This document shows positions 42,948 to 57,081 of a stretch of 64,000 nt of DNA, piece by piece. The DNA lies in the NCBI RefSeq assembly GCF_009914755.1, contig NC_060927.1; one strand, given 5' to 3'. The DNA comes from the human T2T-CHM13v2.0 reference genome, Homo sapiens. A program made the translations under genes and the position numbers. Position 1 is the first letter of the stretch; every line of letters begins with the position of its first letter. The notes under the pieces are model-generated. The model searched no databases. It was given only the letters and a program-made list of their open reading frames with translations, and was not told where the DNA came from.

Positions 42948-43921
42948 AAGCATTCTTATTTGTTAGACGTTACCTGGCTTTTTCTGAGTTTAGTCTTGCT
43001 TACTAAACATTATTTAATTTGTGAATTGCCAAAGTTGAGAATACCATTGGGGAATCAAATTTCTGTGCTTTCTTATTTGTAAGTACTTTCTTCTGGAGTC
43101 ATTATTTAACACATAAAATTTAAGTTCTATTTGGTTTCATCTTTTGAAGTTTGTTTTTGCTATTTTGTGGACTTTTTAAAAACTCTTAGATGTTTGGTAA
43201 TATTCTTTATATGAAATCTGTTTCTTTAACAATTATTTAAAATGTGCTTATATTATGGCCTTCAGACCTATTTAAAAAATGGGTATTTTACCTCATGCAA
43301 AATTAATCATTGTGAGAACACTGACAATTAGAAGATCAACAGTTTTCCTTTACCTGATGCTTAGTTTACAGAGTTATGGCTATAAATATTTCTAACCTTT
43401 TTTTCCTTCTTGAGACGTGTATAGGTCTGTATATCATCTAGCATTATTTTATTAATCTCATTTCTATTTGTCTGCTCTACTACTGTTACTCTCTAAAGTG
43501 TTTTTGAGCTTGTTTTGTTCTAAACTCAGTTATGATGTATCATTTAAAATTTTCCCCCAAATATGTATGACTCTTATGAGACAGTCAGAAAGTTGACAAT
43601 GAAACATTTGATATTGAGAAATTATTGCCAGAAATTTTTGAGCATGACAATGGAATTGTACCTGTCCTTACCTTTTAGACATCTGTACTGGACTATTTGC
43701 AAATAAAATTCTTTGATATATGGAATTTAGTTCAAAATAATCCAGAAAGATTGTAGATGGGGAGGAATATGGAAGATACTGAGATTGACCATTATAACTG
43801 TTGAATCTGAGTGATGAGTATACACATGGGTGCTCATTATACTTTTCTATGTTTGGATATGTTTGAAATTCTTCTTAACTTTTTTTAGTTGCTAAAAATC
43901 AGACATACTAACAGTGTGACA

Positions 43922-44117
43922 TAAGTCCTCGTTTAATGTCATCAGTAGGTTCTTAGAAACTGCAACTTTTAGTGAAACGAGATAATGTATAATGAAACCA
44001 ATTTTACCATAGGCTGATTGATCTAAACAAGGGTTAATTTCCCGTGGCATACAGTACTTCATTTTGCTTGAAGTTGCAGTTTCCAAGAACCTATCAGCCA
44101 CATTAAGTGAGGACTTA
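43922..44117. mobile_element. MER6-family (TcMar-Tigger) short element with long inverted ends
   Basis: taagtcctcgtttaatgt...taggttcttagaaactgcaactt is inverted against aagttgcagtttccaagaaccta...acattaagtgaggactta. Confidence 0.82.
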
Positions 44118-47084
44118 AGGTAATCTGTAAGTGGTACGTGATTTGGCTCTCTTTTGCTCTTGAAGGGAATCATCTGGGCTCTGACCCTGGCTTGTGTATT
44201 TCATTCCCCTGTCGTCTGCCTTCAGACCATAAGCTGCCTTGTGGTGCAGCCTGGACCAGCAGGGGCTTGCATTCGTAAGCAACCATGAAGTCTTTGTCTG
44301 TCTCTCTTCAAACAGGCAGAACTATACAGGTCAGGTCAAATGAAAATGCTCTAAGCATACCCACAAACATCAACACTCAGGATGGATGAGCTGCTCCCTC
44401 TCCCTGCATCACCTTTCAAATAAAAATCAAGTATCGGTTACTCCAGTCTTAGATGTGTGCAGATCTGTATTAGAACAGCAAATAGAGCTAAGAATGGCCA
44501 CTAATTAACCCTCAGCCTTGTATAGTGATTAAGCTGAGGGTGAGCACAGCTGCAGTTTCATTGGTAAAAGCTTTATTCTTCTCAAATGGACTGAGCAAAA
44601 GAAAAGAGGAATTTGCTCCCAGTGGCTCTTTTATAGTGATCTATAAAAGCTTGGGAGAATGTTTCCTTCTTCATTCTCCAACATCACAATTTTTTGTTTC
44701 AGATCACTTAAGGCCCTTTTTTTAAGCAATGAAAACAATTCTTATTCATAAATTGTCTCTGATACCTTAGCTTTGATTGTTATTAATTGCTTATCTTTGG
44801 ATTAGTTATGATTAGGTAGTAAATTGTGTTAGTAAATATTAAAATTTTACAATTGATAGTGACTGCTGGTGGGTGGGAACCATTAAGTCAGATTAATTAT
44901 TTCAGCACATTTATATTTGTGTAGATTATTTATACCAAGTTTGGGAGCCGCTAGACTGATGAAAGGTACATATAACACCTCAGTAGGATTCTAGTGCTTA
45001 CACAATAGTGTGAACCTTGCTGCTGCATGTCTCATTCTACTATACTTGAGAACTGAAAAAGAACAATTTCTTTAACTGAAATTCAGGTAAAATGGTAAGT
45101 CTACCTGTTTTCAAAGCAGACTGTTTTAGCAGGACTACAAAAAAAAAATTTTTTTTCCTAGAACAATAACTACAGTTGGCTACCTAGATACCAGATTTCT
45201 TCTGATGCCTATGGCTTTTTTAAAGTGAAAAATATTAAGTAGAAATACGTGGCACAACATATAGCTAACTTCAGACTGTTTTCTTGTGAAAAGTTGGCTT
45301 GTCTTCTGTCAACTTCTGTCTACCTGCTAAATTCTAAAAGTCACTCTAATCAATACTTCCAAATATGGATGTGGAGAGACTCCACATTATTGTCATTTAA
45401 CTTCACTGGCACCTCATACAAAGAAAAGGAAAGCTATGGTTATAGAGTTCATACTTTGCTCCTGTTGTTTAAGTAAATATTAAATAAGTGCTATTAATCA
45501 ATCTACCTGGTATTTTTAATAGCAAGACAGTAAACAAAGTTCAAAACGTTTATTAAAGCCTTTGGGTTCCAATTCAGTATTACCTGTAGAATCCTGGGAC
45601 ACCGTCCCCTTCCCTCCCCTAAGTTTCCCATAGGCTTACTCAGATGCATTTGAAAATAATGCTATTCATAATGTTGAGGTTCTAGAAAAATTGAAGGCTT
45701 ATTAAGATGGATGAATAAAATCAGGGAATATACGTTCCCTGTTTTGTGAATTAAAGAAGATATACAGAAGTGATTGTGTACCATCATAAATTTGGTTTAA
45801 AAAAACAAAAAATAACAATTCTGAGATGCTTACCTTGACCCCTACATATTTGTAAATGCAAATTTTAAATGATATTAAAAGGATTATTTCCCTACTTTGT
45901 CAATTCTGTAAAAATAAACCATTTCTTTAGTTGTCTTACAAGAGATACTGGTGTATAATAATGCAAACAAAAATATCCATTAGTTTGTAGCACTTTTACC
46001 AAAGAATGATTTTCTAGGAAATACTGAATGAGAAAGGAAAGCCAAAATTACCCCATTGTAGGCTTAGATCTTGGATTCCCTAGTTGTGAAACAAGTCAAA
46101 AGGATTCATCCTCTTTGACTCAAAGAGTTACCAAGAAAGGATTGGTAGCTTCAGGTGAGGGATGACTTCATGACAAAGCAAGGATTTCCTATTTAGCCCA
46201 TGGTATTTCTGCTTTGTGTGGGCAAGTCTTTATTTATAACCAACAATTTGATATCCTCCTCAAACATCCAATTTGCCTTGGTGAAAAGGAGCATTAACTG
46301 TTTATTCTTTTTTGATAGATTCTTACTAGAAATGCTGACCTGCTAAAACTTTGTTACTTTCATAACTTAAATATACGTCCTTTGATAGGTTTGATTCTTT
46401 TAAAGATGGTTAAAACTAGACTTTACCATATTTGCTAACATATGGGATACCTTAAAAAGTGCTTTTAAAGTTTAAAGTTTCACCCTTATCTCTTATCTAA
46501 CTAAAAGGGCCTTTGGAGAAATTACTTCCATTTGGTAAATAAGAAAATACAGTGTTGTGTTTATCATCTTCATGTATCTTTTCCTTACTTCTGTTTCCTT
46601 ACTTCTAACGCAGGGAGTATCTGTCAACTTTACTTGACCTATAAAGTGCTACCAGCATTTTTAAAGTAGGAAGGTAAATCCCTTAGAGTGGGAATCTGTG
46701 GTTCCTTTTCTGTTTCTTTTTGACTGTTACAGAGTTGTTCACGCATCCATTTCAGGTTTCTGATTGGTGTGTTCTGTAATAGCAGGTACAGTAAAATCTT
46801 ACTAGTTCAGTATAATTGAGAAAAGATCAGACTGATTTTTTTTAATGAATTGGAAATTTTCACTAAGTGAAGACGTAATAATTTTAAGTACATATAGGAA
46901 ATATTAGGTAAAATGTGTGAACTAGATGGCCTCTAGACTCTCCTTTACCAAGGAAAAGGCTGAAGTGGGTTTTTCACACATTCACAAAAAATAGAGAAAA
47001 TGGTTATTATAAGTCCCAGTGTGTCCCTCACCCAGCTTCAGAACTCACCTATATTTAGTAAGGTTTAGGAATTAGGGTTTTTTG

Positions 47085-47225
47085 TTTATTATTTATTTAT
47101 TTATTTTTAGAGATGGGGTCTTGCTCTGTCTCCCAGGCTGGAGGGCAGTGGTGTCGTCATAGCTCTCTGCAGCTTCGAACTCCTGCACTCAAGCAACCCT
47201 CCTGCTTCAGCCTCCCGAGTAGCTA
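47085..47225 (-). mobile_element. AluJ right-arm fragment
   Basis: (TTTA)n tail plus partial Alu. Confidence 0.85.
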
Positions 47226-47415
47226 AATATTCTCAGATAATATTGTTTTAATACCATTAATTTTCATGAAAACCATTTTTAAACAAGACCTAGTAAATGT
47301 CAGAACAGGTTGCTGCATCAGAATTAAGTTAGCAGTGGTGAACTTAAGGGTATGTTACTAAAAGATACAGCATGTGCCCTGTGGAAGATAAGCCACTGAG
47401 TAAAGTTTGATGCCC

Positions 47416-47729
47416 TTTTGTTTGTTTGTTTGTTTGTTTGTTTGTTTGTTTTGAGACAGTTTCACTCTGTCTCCCAGGCTGCAGTGCAATGGTGCGATCT
47501 CAGCTCACTGCAACTTCCACTTGCTGGGTTCAAGCAATTCTCCTGCCTTAGCCTCCTGAGTAGCTGAGATTACAGGCGCGCACCACCACGCCCAGCTAAT
47601 TTTTGGATTTTTAGTAGAGACGGGGTTTCACCATGTTGATCAGGCTGGTCTCAAACTCCTGACCTCGTGATCCTCCTGCCTTGGCCTCCCGAAGTGCTAG
47701 GATTACAGGCATGAGCCACCGTGCCTGGC
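47416..47729 (-). mobile_element. AluS with (TTTG)n tail
   Basis: Full dimer. Confidence 0.95.
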
Positions 47730-47759
47730 AGACTGACACCTTTTTAAAAAAATAGAGAG

Positions 47760-47923
47760 AGAGATGAAACCTCATTCTGTTGCCTATGCTGGACTGTAGT
47801 GGCACAATCAGAACTCACTGCAGCCCCCTACCGGAACTCCTGGGCTCAAGTGGTCTCAAGTGATCCTCCTGCCTCAACCTCCCAAGAGCTGGGACTATAG
47901 GCACATGCCACCATACCCAGCTA
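47760..47923 (-). mobile_element. AluJ/FRAM monomer
   Basis: ctcctgggctcaagtg...gatcctcctgcctcaacctccc...catgccaccatacccagcta. Confidence 0.85.
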
Positions 47924-50063
47924 GTTTAAATGTGAAATCAGGCTTTTTAAATGTGAAATTTTTAAACATGAAATTAAGAGAAATTATTTAAACAGCATGT
48001 TTAAACAATACATATTTGAAATTAAAATAATGCATTGTTAGTGTTATGGAAATTCCAATCTGAAACAGCATAATAAAACAACTCTAATTATTCAGTAATT
48101 GACTTGTGTGGACAAAACATCCAGATGATTGAATGACATTTTCTCTTTTTACTGTGAATACTTAAGATTGTACAGTATCTTGGGAGAAATGTTGTAATTA
48201 TGAAAATTTGAAGAATTAATGTAACACTACCAATGTCTGAGTCAGATCCCATAACAAATGGGCAGTTCTCTTTATTTTACTTATTTTCTGACTCAACTTT
48301 TCATTCAGTATCTAGCCTGGGCAAGGTGCTATCAGTAACAACACTCACAGTGCCTCTTCCTCAGAAAAGAAAGCGCTTCCAAAATGTCAGATTAATTATT
48401 CCTATACAACTGTAATAACTACTTTCTCTTTTTCTTCTCTTCATATTTGTTCTTTAGTAGATCCTGGAGCTTAATGTGTATTATGGCTGTTGAATTTTTC
48501 ATGTCATATTGGTGAATAATTCACACAATAAGCAGTACAAGAGTTTGCCTAAATTACTAGCATATTTCTTTCTGGAGCAGGTCTGTTCCTGGAAAAAATT
48601 ACAAATCAGAATATTTTACATGTATTGGAAGAACTTTCTGCTTAAGAGTATCCTACAGGGAAACCTGTTGCCACATGAAGCTTTTATAAAGTTGAATTTT
48701 TGGAAAATGCAATGGTTCTTCCCCACCACCGCCCCAATTCAGCACTGTCTTCCTTCTGAAAGCATTTTCCCAAATAAGACATATTGTTTGTGCTATTCAA
48801 GTGCCTCGGCCAACCAACAAATGCCTATCTGACTATGTGCCTATAGGCTGATGTAGTTAGTACCTTTTGACGTGACTCTTTACACCAGTGAGGTAAACCA
48901 CCTTCCTTGCATACATTGTGACCACATGTGTACTCCAGTGACTTTCTTGTCCAGACTGGCTGGCTCCTGTGATGGAAAAAATGTTCATACACAGACTAAT
49001 TTAAATACATAAGGGAAACTAGGAAGAGTGCAGGCCTAGAGAAGATGTCTTCATAGTTTATCTAGCTTTGGATGCCAGCATTATATTTTTATAAGAAAAA
49101 CTCTAGAAAAGAGTTCAGCTTACAATGCATGAATAACCCCGCATCACTGGGGCAAAGGCATATTAGAGTGCCAGCCACCCGTGGTCATCGTAGGAGGGTA
49201 CATTTATCTGAGGGATGTGTATTTTTTAATCTTGGTAATAGCCTACTAGGGATGGTATATTTTAACTTCAGCCTTACTATAAATGGTTCTGTATCTGCGG
49301 GTAATGCATCTTTTCTGTAGATTCATAATCAAAATAATGTGGTTAGCTTAGAGTTGGGGTTAATCATATATGAGTTCAAAAAGTTAATAGTCCATGTCCA
49401 ATTTGGTAAAAGTTTGTAAGTGAAAAATTACTATTTGGGGGAAGTTTTTGTTTGCTTCTTTGATTTGCTGGAGAAATGATTTAAAGTTGCAGTATTGTAA
49501 CTAGGCAAAGAAGCCTTTGATTTAGATACATGTGGGAGTTGCATTTGGGGAACTTAGGCCATGTGTATCTTCATAGTATTCATGGTGGAGAGAGAGTGTT
49601 TTCAGGTGAAAAAGAAAGTTTTAGATTCATTCCTTAATAAAATGTATTTTCTGTATTGGCTTTTTGTTATTTTCAAAATTGATGTATCTTTATTATTTTT
49701 TCTTATACAAATAATACCTGCTTATTAATTTTTAAAAATCAGTCGTCTTTTCAAGATAAGTATTTAATTTTTATTTGAGGCTCTTTGCTCTGGGAACTCA
49801 AATTTGGTGGGACCCAGCAAAGTATATTTGTCAGTTAAGTTTGTCTGGTTATAATCTTGGTGTAAATTTAGACACGTTGACCTCAGGGATTTAGCCTTGG
49901 CTTTGACCTGCTTTTGCTTAGCATTTCCCTATGCATATTTTATTGTCTCTTAATTAATATAAATGTCGACATGGATTAGCTGTTGATACAAATTTTCTTT
50001 TATAAAGTCCATTGCTCTCCCTGCAGTAGTAACCTCTAATTGGTTGGTTTAGAAGTTGATCTT

Positions 50064-50190
50064 GGCTAGGTGGCTCATGCCTGTAATCCCAGCACTTTTG
50101 GGAGGCCAAGGCAGGAGGATCACTTGAAGCCAGGAGTTCAAGACTAGCCTAGGCAACAAAGTGAGACCCTGTCGCTACAAAACATAACAA
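50064..50190 (+). mobile_element. FLAM/AluJ left monomer
   Basis: ggctcatgcctgtaatcccagcac...ggaggatcacttgaagccagg...gtgagaccctgtc, then an A-rich end. Confidence 0.9.
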
Positions 50191-50192
50191 AC

Positions 50193-53100
50193 ACTTTTAC
50201 CACTTCTATTCAACATAGTACCAGAAGTCCTAGCCAGAACAATCATTCAAGAGAAAGAAATAAAGGGCATCCAAACTGGAAAAGAGGAAGTCAAATTATC
50301 TCTGTTTGCCAGTGATGTGATCGTATACCTAGAAAACCCTAAAGACTCCTCCAGAATACTCCTAGATTTGATAAATGAAATCAGTAAAGTCTCAGGTTAC
50401 AAAATCAGTGTACACAAATCAGTAGCATTGCTGTATATCAGCAACAGCCAAGCTGAGAATCAAATCATGAACTCATTTCCTCTTACAATAGCTGCAAAAA
50501 TAAAATAAAATGCCTGGGAATATAGTTAACCAAGGAGGTGAAGGATGTCTGTGAGGAATACTACAAAACACTGCTAAAAAAAAAAAAATAATAATAGATG
50601 ACAAACAAATGGAAATACATTTCATGTTCATGGATTGGAAGAGTCAATATTGTGAAAATGACCATACTGCCCAAAGCAATCTACAGATTCAGTGCAATTC
50701 CTATCAAAACACCAAAATCCTTTTTCACAGAATTAGAGAAGACAGTCCTAAAATTCATATGGAACAAAAAAAGAGCCCGAATATCCAAAGCAATCCTAAG
50801 CAAAAAGAACAAAGCTAGAGGCATTATGTTACTTGATTTCAAATTATACTACAAGTCTGTGGTAACCAACAGCATGGTATTGTTATAAAAGTAGATACAT
50901 AAACCAATGGAACAGAATATTGAACCCAGAAATAAAGCCAAATACAGCCAACTGATCTTCAGCAAGGCAAACAAAAACATAAAGTGGGGAAAGGACACCC
51001 TATTCAACAAATGGTGCTGGGATAATTGGCAAGCCACATGTAGAAGAATGAAACTTGATTCCTGTCTCTTACCATATACAAAAATCAACTTAAGATGGAT
51101 TAAAGACTTACATTGAAGACTAAACCATAAAAATTCTGGAAGAAAACCTAGGAAAAACTCTTTTGGGCGTTGGTCTAAGCAAAGAATTTATGAGTAAGAC
51201 CCCGAAAGCAAATGCAGCAAAAACAAAAATAAATGGGACCCAATTAAACTAAAAAACTTCTGCACAGTGAAAGAAATAATCCTCAGAGTAAACAGACAAC
51301 CCACAGAATGGGAAGAAATATTTGCATACTATGCATCTGACAGAGGACTGATATCCAGAATCTACAAGGAACTCAAATCAGCAAGAAAAAAACAGTCCCA
51401 TCAAAAAGTGGACAAATGACATGAATAGACATTTCTCAAAAGAAGATATACAAACGGCCAAGAAACATATGTAAAACTGCTCAACATTACTAATAACCAG
51501 GGAAATGCAAATTCAAGCTACAATGAAATTCACCTCAGCCCTGCCAGAATAGCCATTACTTACAAGTTAAAAACAGTAGATATTGGTGTGGATGTGGTGT
51601 GAAGGGAATGCTTGTACACTGCTGGTGGGAATGTAAATTAGTACAAGCTGTGTGGACTATGGAGATTTCTCAAAGAACTACAAGTAGATCTGAAGGGGTG
51701 GGTTGCCCCTCCACACCTGTGGGTGTTTCTCGTTAGGTGGAACAAGAGACTTGGAAAAGAAAAAGACACAGAGACAAAGTATAGAGAAAGAAATAAGGGG
51801 ACCCAGGGAACCAGCGTTCAGCATATGGAGGATCCCGCCAGCCTCTGAGTTCCCTTAGTATTTATTGATCATTTGTGGGTGTTTCTCCGAGAGGGGGATG
51901 TGTCAGGGTCACAAGACAATAGTGGGGAGAGGGTCAGCAGACAAACACGTGAACAAAGGTCTTTGCATCATAGACAAGGTAAAGAATCAAGTGCTGTGCT
52001 TTTAGATATGCATACACATAAACATCTCAATGCTTTACAAAGCAGTATTGCTGCCCGCATGTCCCACCTCCAGCCCTAAGGCGGTTTTTCCCTATCTCAG
52101 TAGATGGAACTTACAATCGAGTTTTATACCGAGACATTCCATTGCCCAGGGACGGGCAGGAGACAGATGCCTTCCTCTTGTCTCAACTGCAAGAGGCATG
52201 CCTTCCTCTTATACTAATCCTCCTCAGCACAGACCCTTTACGGGTGTCGGGCTGGGGGAGGGTCAGGTCTTTCCCTTCCCACGAGGCCATATTTCAGACT
52301 GTCACATGGAGAGAAACCTTGGACAATACCTGGCTTTCCTAGGCAGAGGTCCCTGTGGCCTTCCGCAGTGTTTGTGTCCCTGGGTACTTGAGATTAGGGA
52401 GTGGTGATGACTCTTAAGGAGCATGCTGCCTTCAAGCATCTGTTTAACAAAGCACATCTTGCACAACACTTAATCCATTTAACCCTGAGTTTGACACAGC
52501 ACATGTTTCAGAGAGCATGGGGTTGGGGGTAAGATCATAGATTAACAGAATCTCAAGGCAGAAGAATTTTTTAGTACAGAACAAAATGGAGTCTCCTATG
52601 TCTACTTCTTTCTACACAGACACAGTAACAATCTGATCTTTCTTTTCCCCACAAGATCTACCATTCAATCCAACAATCCTACTACTGGGTATCTACCCAA
52701 AGGAAAATAAGTCATTTATATCAAAAAGACACCTGCACATATATGTTTATCACAGCGCAATTGACAATCGCAAAGATATGGAACCAATCTAAGTGCCCGT
52801 CAACCGATGAGTGGTTAAAGAAAATGTGATATGTATACACCATGGAATACTACTCAGCCATAAAAAAGAAGGAAATAACATCTACGGCAACTTGGATAGA
52901 GCTGGAAGCCTTTATTCTAAGTGAAGTAACTCAGGAATTGAAAACCAAATACCTTAAGTTCTCACTTATAAAGCTAAGCTATGGGCACACAAAGGCATAC
53001 AAAGTGATATGGATAATTGGAGACTCAGAAGAGAGGAGGTGGGGCAGTTGGTGAGGGATAAAAAACTATATATTGGGTAAAGTGTGCACTACTCACGTGT

Positions 53101-53195
53101 AGGTATACTAAAATCTCAGACTTTACCACTATACAGTTTATCCATGTAACCAGAAACCACTTGTATCCCTAACACTATTGAAATAAAATTAATTA
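50193..53195 (+). mobile_element. L1PB-like LINE (ORF2 reverse-transcriptase region to 3' UTR), frameshifted, split by LTR5
   Basis: ORF fragments [44 protein letters not shown] and MEYYSAIKK are L1 ORF2p; 3' end tattgaaataaaa. Confidence 0.93.
51691..52653 (-). mobile_element. HERV-K(HML-2) solo LTR, LTR5 family (LTR5_Hs-like length and structure), 963 bp
   Basis: Minus strand reads tgtggggaaaagaaagatcagattgttactgtgtctgtgtagaaagaagtagacataggagactcc...ggggcaacccaccccttca; TSD agatc at 51686-51690 and 52654-52658; TATAAAA (52122-52128) and AATAAA (51861-51866) on the minus strand. Confidence 0.96.
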
Positions 53196-53485
53196 AACAT
53201 TTTTAAAAATTTTTCAAAGAACTTGATCTGATTGAAAAGTCACTGTATCTTATGAAAATTCTCTTCAGTTTATGTTTAGAAGACTTCATTTTGGAGTTAC
53301 CCTTAAAAATTACCAGTGACCTATTTTTGTTGTCATTGTTCTTGTTGTTTAGAGAAACAAATATTTCACTTAAACAAACATCATTCTTTACTCACATGTC
53401 TTTTACTCAGAACTATTTGCCCAAGAAATGATTCAGAGTTTCTTTGTTTCCCTTACTTGAGGAATTTCTGAAGTCAAGAACATTT

Positions 53486-53799
<314 letters not shown>

Positions 53800-56765
53800 A
53801 AGAACATTTAGATTTTAATTAATTTTTAAAAATTATCTTTTAATGAAGATAATGAAAAGATAAAGATTATAGTGGTGAAAACAGATGATTAATTCTCTCC
53901 ACTCTAGAGTAAAAATAACTTTTCTCTAATGACAGGGAGAGAATTATGTATTAGTATATATGCCAGTTATACATGCTTTTTTCCCATAGTTTTATCCGTG
54001 CTTTTTTGATGACTTGGATTATTCTGTTTCTGTTAGAGTTATTTTATTGAGCATACATATTTTATTGCAAATTGACTCTTGTTTGGCAAAGTGAGGTGTA
54101 TAAATAAGAAATTAAGTTTTTTTGCTTATGGTAGGATCAAGGAGCACATTTTGTAACTACCCTGCTCACTATTTGGGTTTATTTACAGCTTCTCTCAAGA
54201 GAGGAATAACTGTGTCAGGCTTTGCTAAGCAATCTCGTTCCAACAATAAGACATTTTTTTCTGTGTCTGTTGTCCAGCTGTTTAGTAGGTTCTTGGTCTC
54301 CACACTAACAGAAAGGTTTCAGGTGTTACTCCCAGGCAGGGATTTACCACAGGTGTGTGTCTTTTCCACCATTTAAAATACCCAGAAATGATGAGATTAT
54401 TAAGTAGCTGACTATGGTCTGTATACTTCTCTTAGTTCTTCACCAGTTGCTGCTTTTGAAATTCTTAAGTGCTATTTCTTTATTGGTTCATTTGTTTTGC
54501 TATTTAGATTTATTTCCCCATTCAGTCTACATTTATAATGTGGTGGTCTGTTAATACAGTAAGCTTGTTATTGGTAAATGGAGTCATTCTAGTGAAATTT
54601 ATTGTCAGAAACACCTGTACCTGATTTATAACTAATGCAGCATGGATTTTACTTTATGCAAATTAAACAAATGTGTTTTAAAATTTGATAACAGCATAAA
54701 ACACCCTCGAGGATGTTGATTGCTCACCCTAACTCAGAAGGCTCTCAAAGCTGATACTTCTCTTCCTAAATAGGAGACATTCTTTTCTCAGTAGAGATCC
54801 CCATGTGGCTGTCACATTCTTTTTTCAGGTCATCTTTCAGAATGTACTACCTTCTGAGACCTCTGATACTACCCACCCAGCCCTAAGGAGGTCCCAGTGA
54901 GGTGATCACATTGACTTTTAAAAAACTTTTATGCCCAGAGGATTTGTTAAGGAAGCTATTCCCATACTTTGAAGTAGCTGATGTCCTCAGGGACCTGGTG
55001 TGAATACCGGAGGGAAGACTGGAGGGAAGAGTGATACTCTTAAGGTTAGCATTAGACTCTCTCCTCTGCCTGCCTGCAGAGAAATAGCCAAATCAGTGTG
55101 AACTACTGGCTTTTATATACATATGTTCTCACATCAGCTTACTCATGACTGCCTTCTAAAGACTGCCTCTTTCAGGAATCCTAATAGAAAAAGCAACTAA
55201 GAGAAAGAAAATGAATCACGTCAGAGGTTACAGAAATTATAACCTACACCATCTTTCACAACTAGAACATCATATAAAGCTGTTTCATTATTTTTCTTAC
55301 TCCTTTTACACATTTTTCTTACTCCTCTTTGTCTTGTTCCTATCAGCCCAGGGACTCTGTTGCATTTTGCTTTACTTTCTGGTGTTTGTAATATAAAAAC
55401 AATTTATCTATTGTACATGTTTTCCATTTCCAGTACATACACATGCACAAACCCCACCTTCACCTCAGGCTTTGATTTGACTCCACCTTCAAGCTGGAAG
55501 CCTAACCCTCTATGGGAGTCACTAAGATGGAGCCAATGGCAAACTGAAGTGGACCAGCACTTACTTACTTCTTTAAGACAGAACTTTGCGGTGTATTCTT
55601 GGTTGTTCCTTCTCTCTAATCCCTTTTCCCGTTAGCTGGTCTCTTCTCTCTGCATTTCCAGCCTCCTGATTTTTCTGCTGCTGTTTCTCTTCTCTTTTCT
55701 TATCCTTATGGTTCACGTGCTGCTCTCCTCCTTAACTTCATTTAACCTTGCTTGCACTCAGTAAAATATTTAAAAACAAACAGAAGGACTTCCAAGCCAT
55801 ATTTTTTATTTTTTAAGAGTAGCTTTATTTATTATTATCTCTATAACCATATGACTCAGCCTGTACTGTCTGTTAGACCAATATATAATCTTGGAATATC
55901 CCTTTTCACTTCATGTGCCAAGTTGGTGGCTCCTGTTCTTCTGGTATGCCAGGGCAAGAATGGCCCCATCAGCTCTCAAAAGAGGTACATAGTAGCAACT
56001 CTGAAAATGTGGCTGAACACTGTGAGTAATGTTGTAGTTCTTGCCAGTCTCAGCCAGTACCTACCTTCTTAATAAATGGCCTCTTTCCCCAGCTAAACTG
56101 TTTCTTTTTTTAACCTACTTTGGAAAATATATTAAAGTCCTATACTTTGTAAGCAGCACTGCCAAAGCAGTATCATGCACATAGCATAATAATCTCATTT
56201 TGATGTTCTAAAGTTCTTTCTTTGTCCTTTGTAATGGATGGCAAGGTTTTAAATGAAAACACTGGAGTTGCTCCATAGCATGAGATGGTTTTTTATTGTT
56301 TTGCTCTAAGCTGTTGCCCTGATCTCTACTACATTTATGCCTGATTTCTCTAAGTCATAGTGACATGCCCTTGCATGCATCTTTTCAGCAAACCTTATGA
56401 TGCCTATTGCTAGACTTATCAGTGTCAGGTCATGAGAACAATGCAAGGTTATACCTTGCCATGTTAAAGAAAATTAAGTCAAAGGACCTAAGTTATACTG
56501 AGTTTTGAAGCTGTCAAGAAAGCCAGAGCCTTGGCCCAGCTCTCTCACTAACTAGCTAGTGACCTTGGATAAATCGGTGCCCTCATTTGTGAATTAAAGA
56601 TTGTACTTCTGACCCTATCTTGCAGCATTATTGTGAGGAAAAAATGGTATGTGTGGACCTCTGTAAACACTTTGAAGGCTATGAGTATCATTACGTGGAA
56701 TGTTATTGAACTGAAAGTCCATATTAGCTGTGTTAGGTGTGATGACCTCGCCTTTGAGATGTCTA

Positions 56766-57081
<316 letters not shown>

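Noticed and set aside
50317-51116. ORFs with reverse-transcriptase-like peptides as a novel retro-system
   Set aside because: Frameshifted L1 ORF2 remnants.
51873-52407. ORFs up to 125 aa within the LTR; possible SVA element
   Set aside because: They are antisense readings of the HML-2 LTR. The element is a complete LTR with no VNTR, hexamer repeat or env portion, so it is not an SVA.
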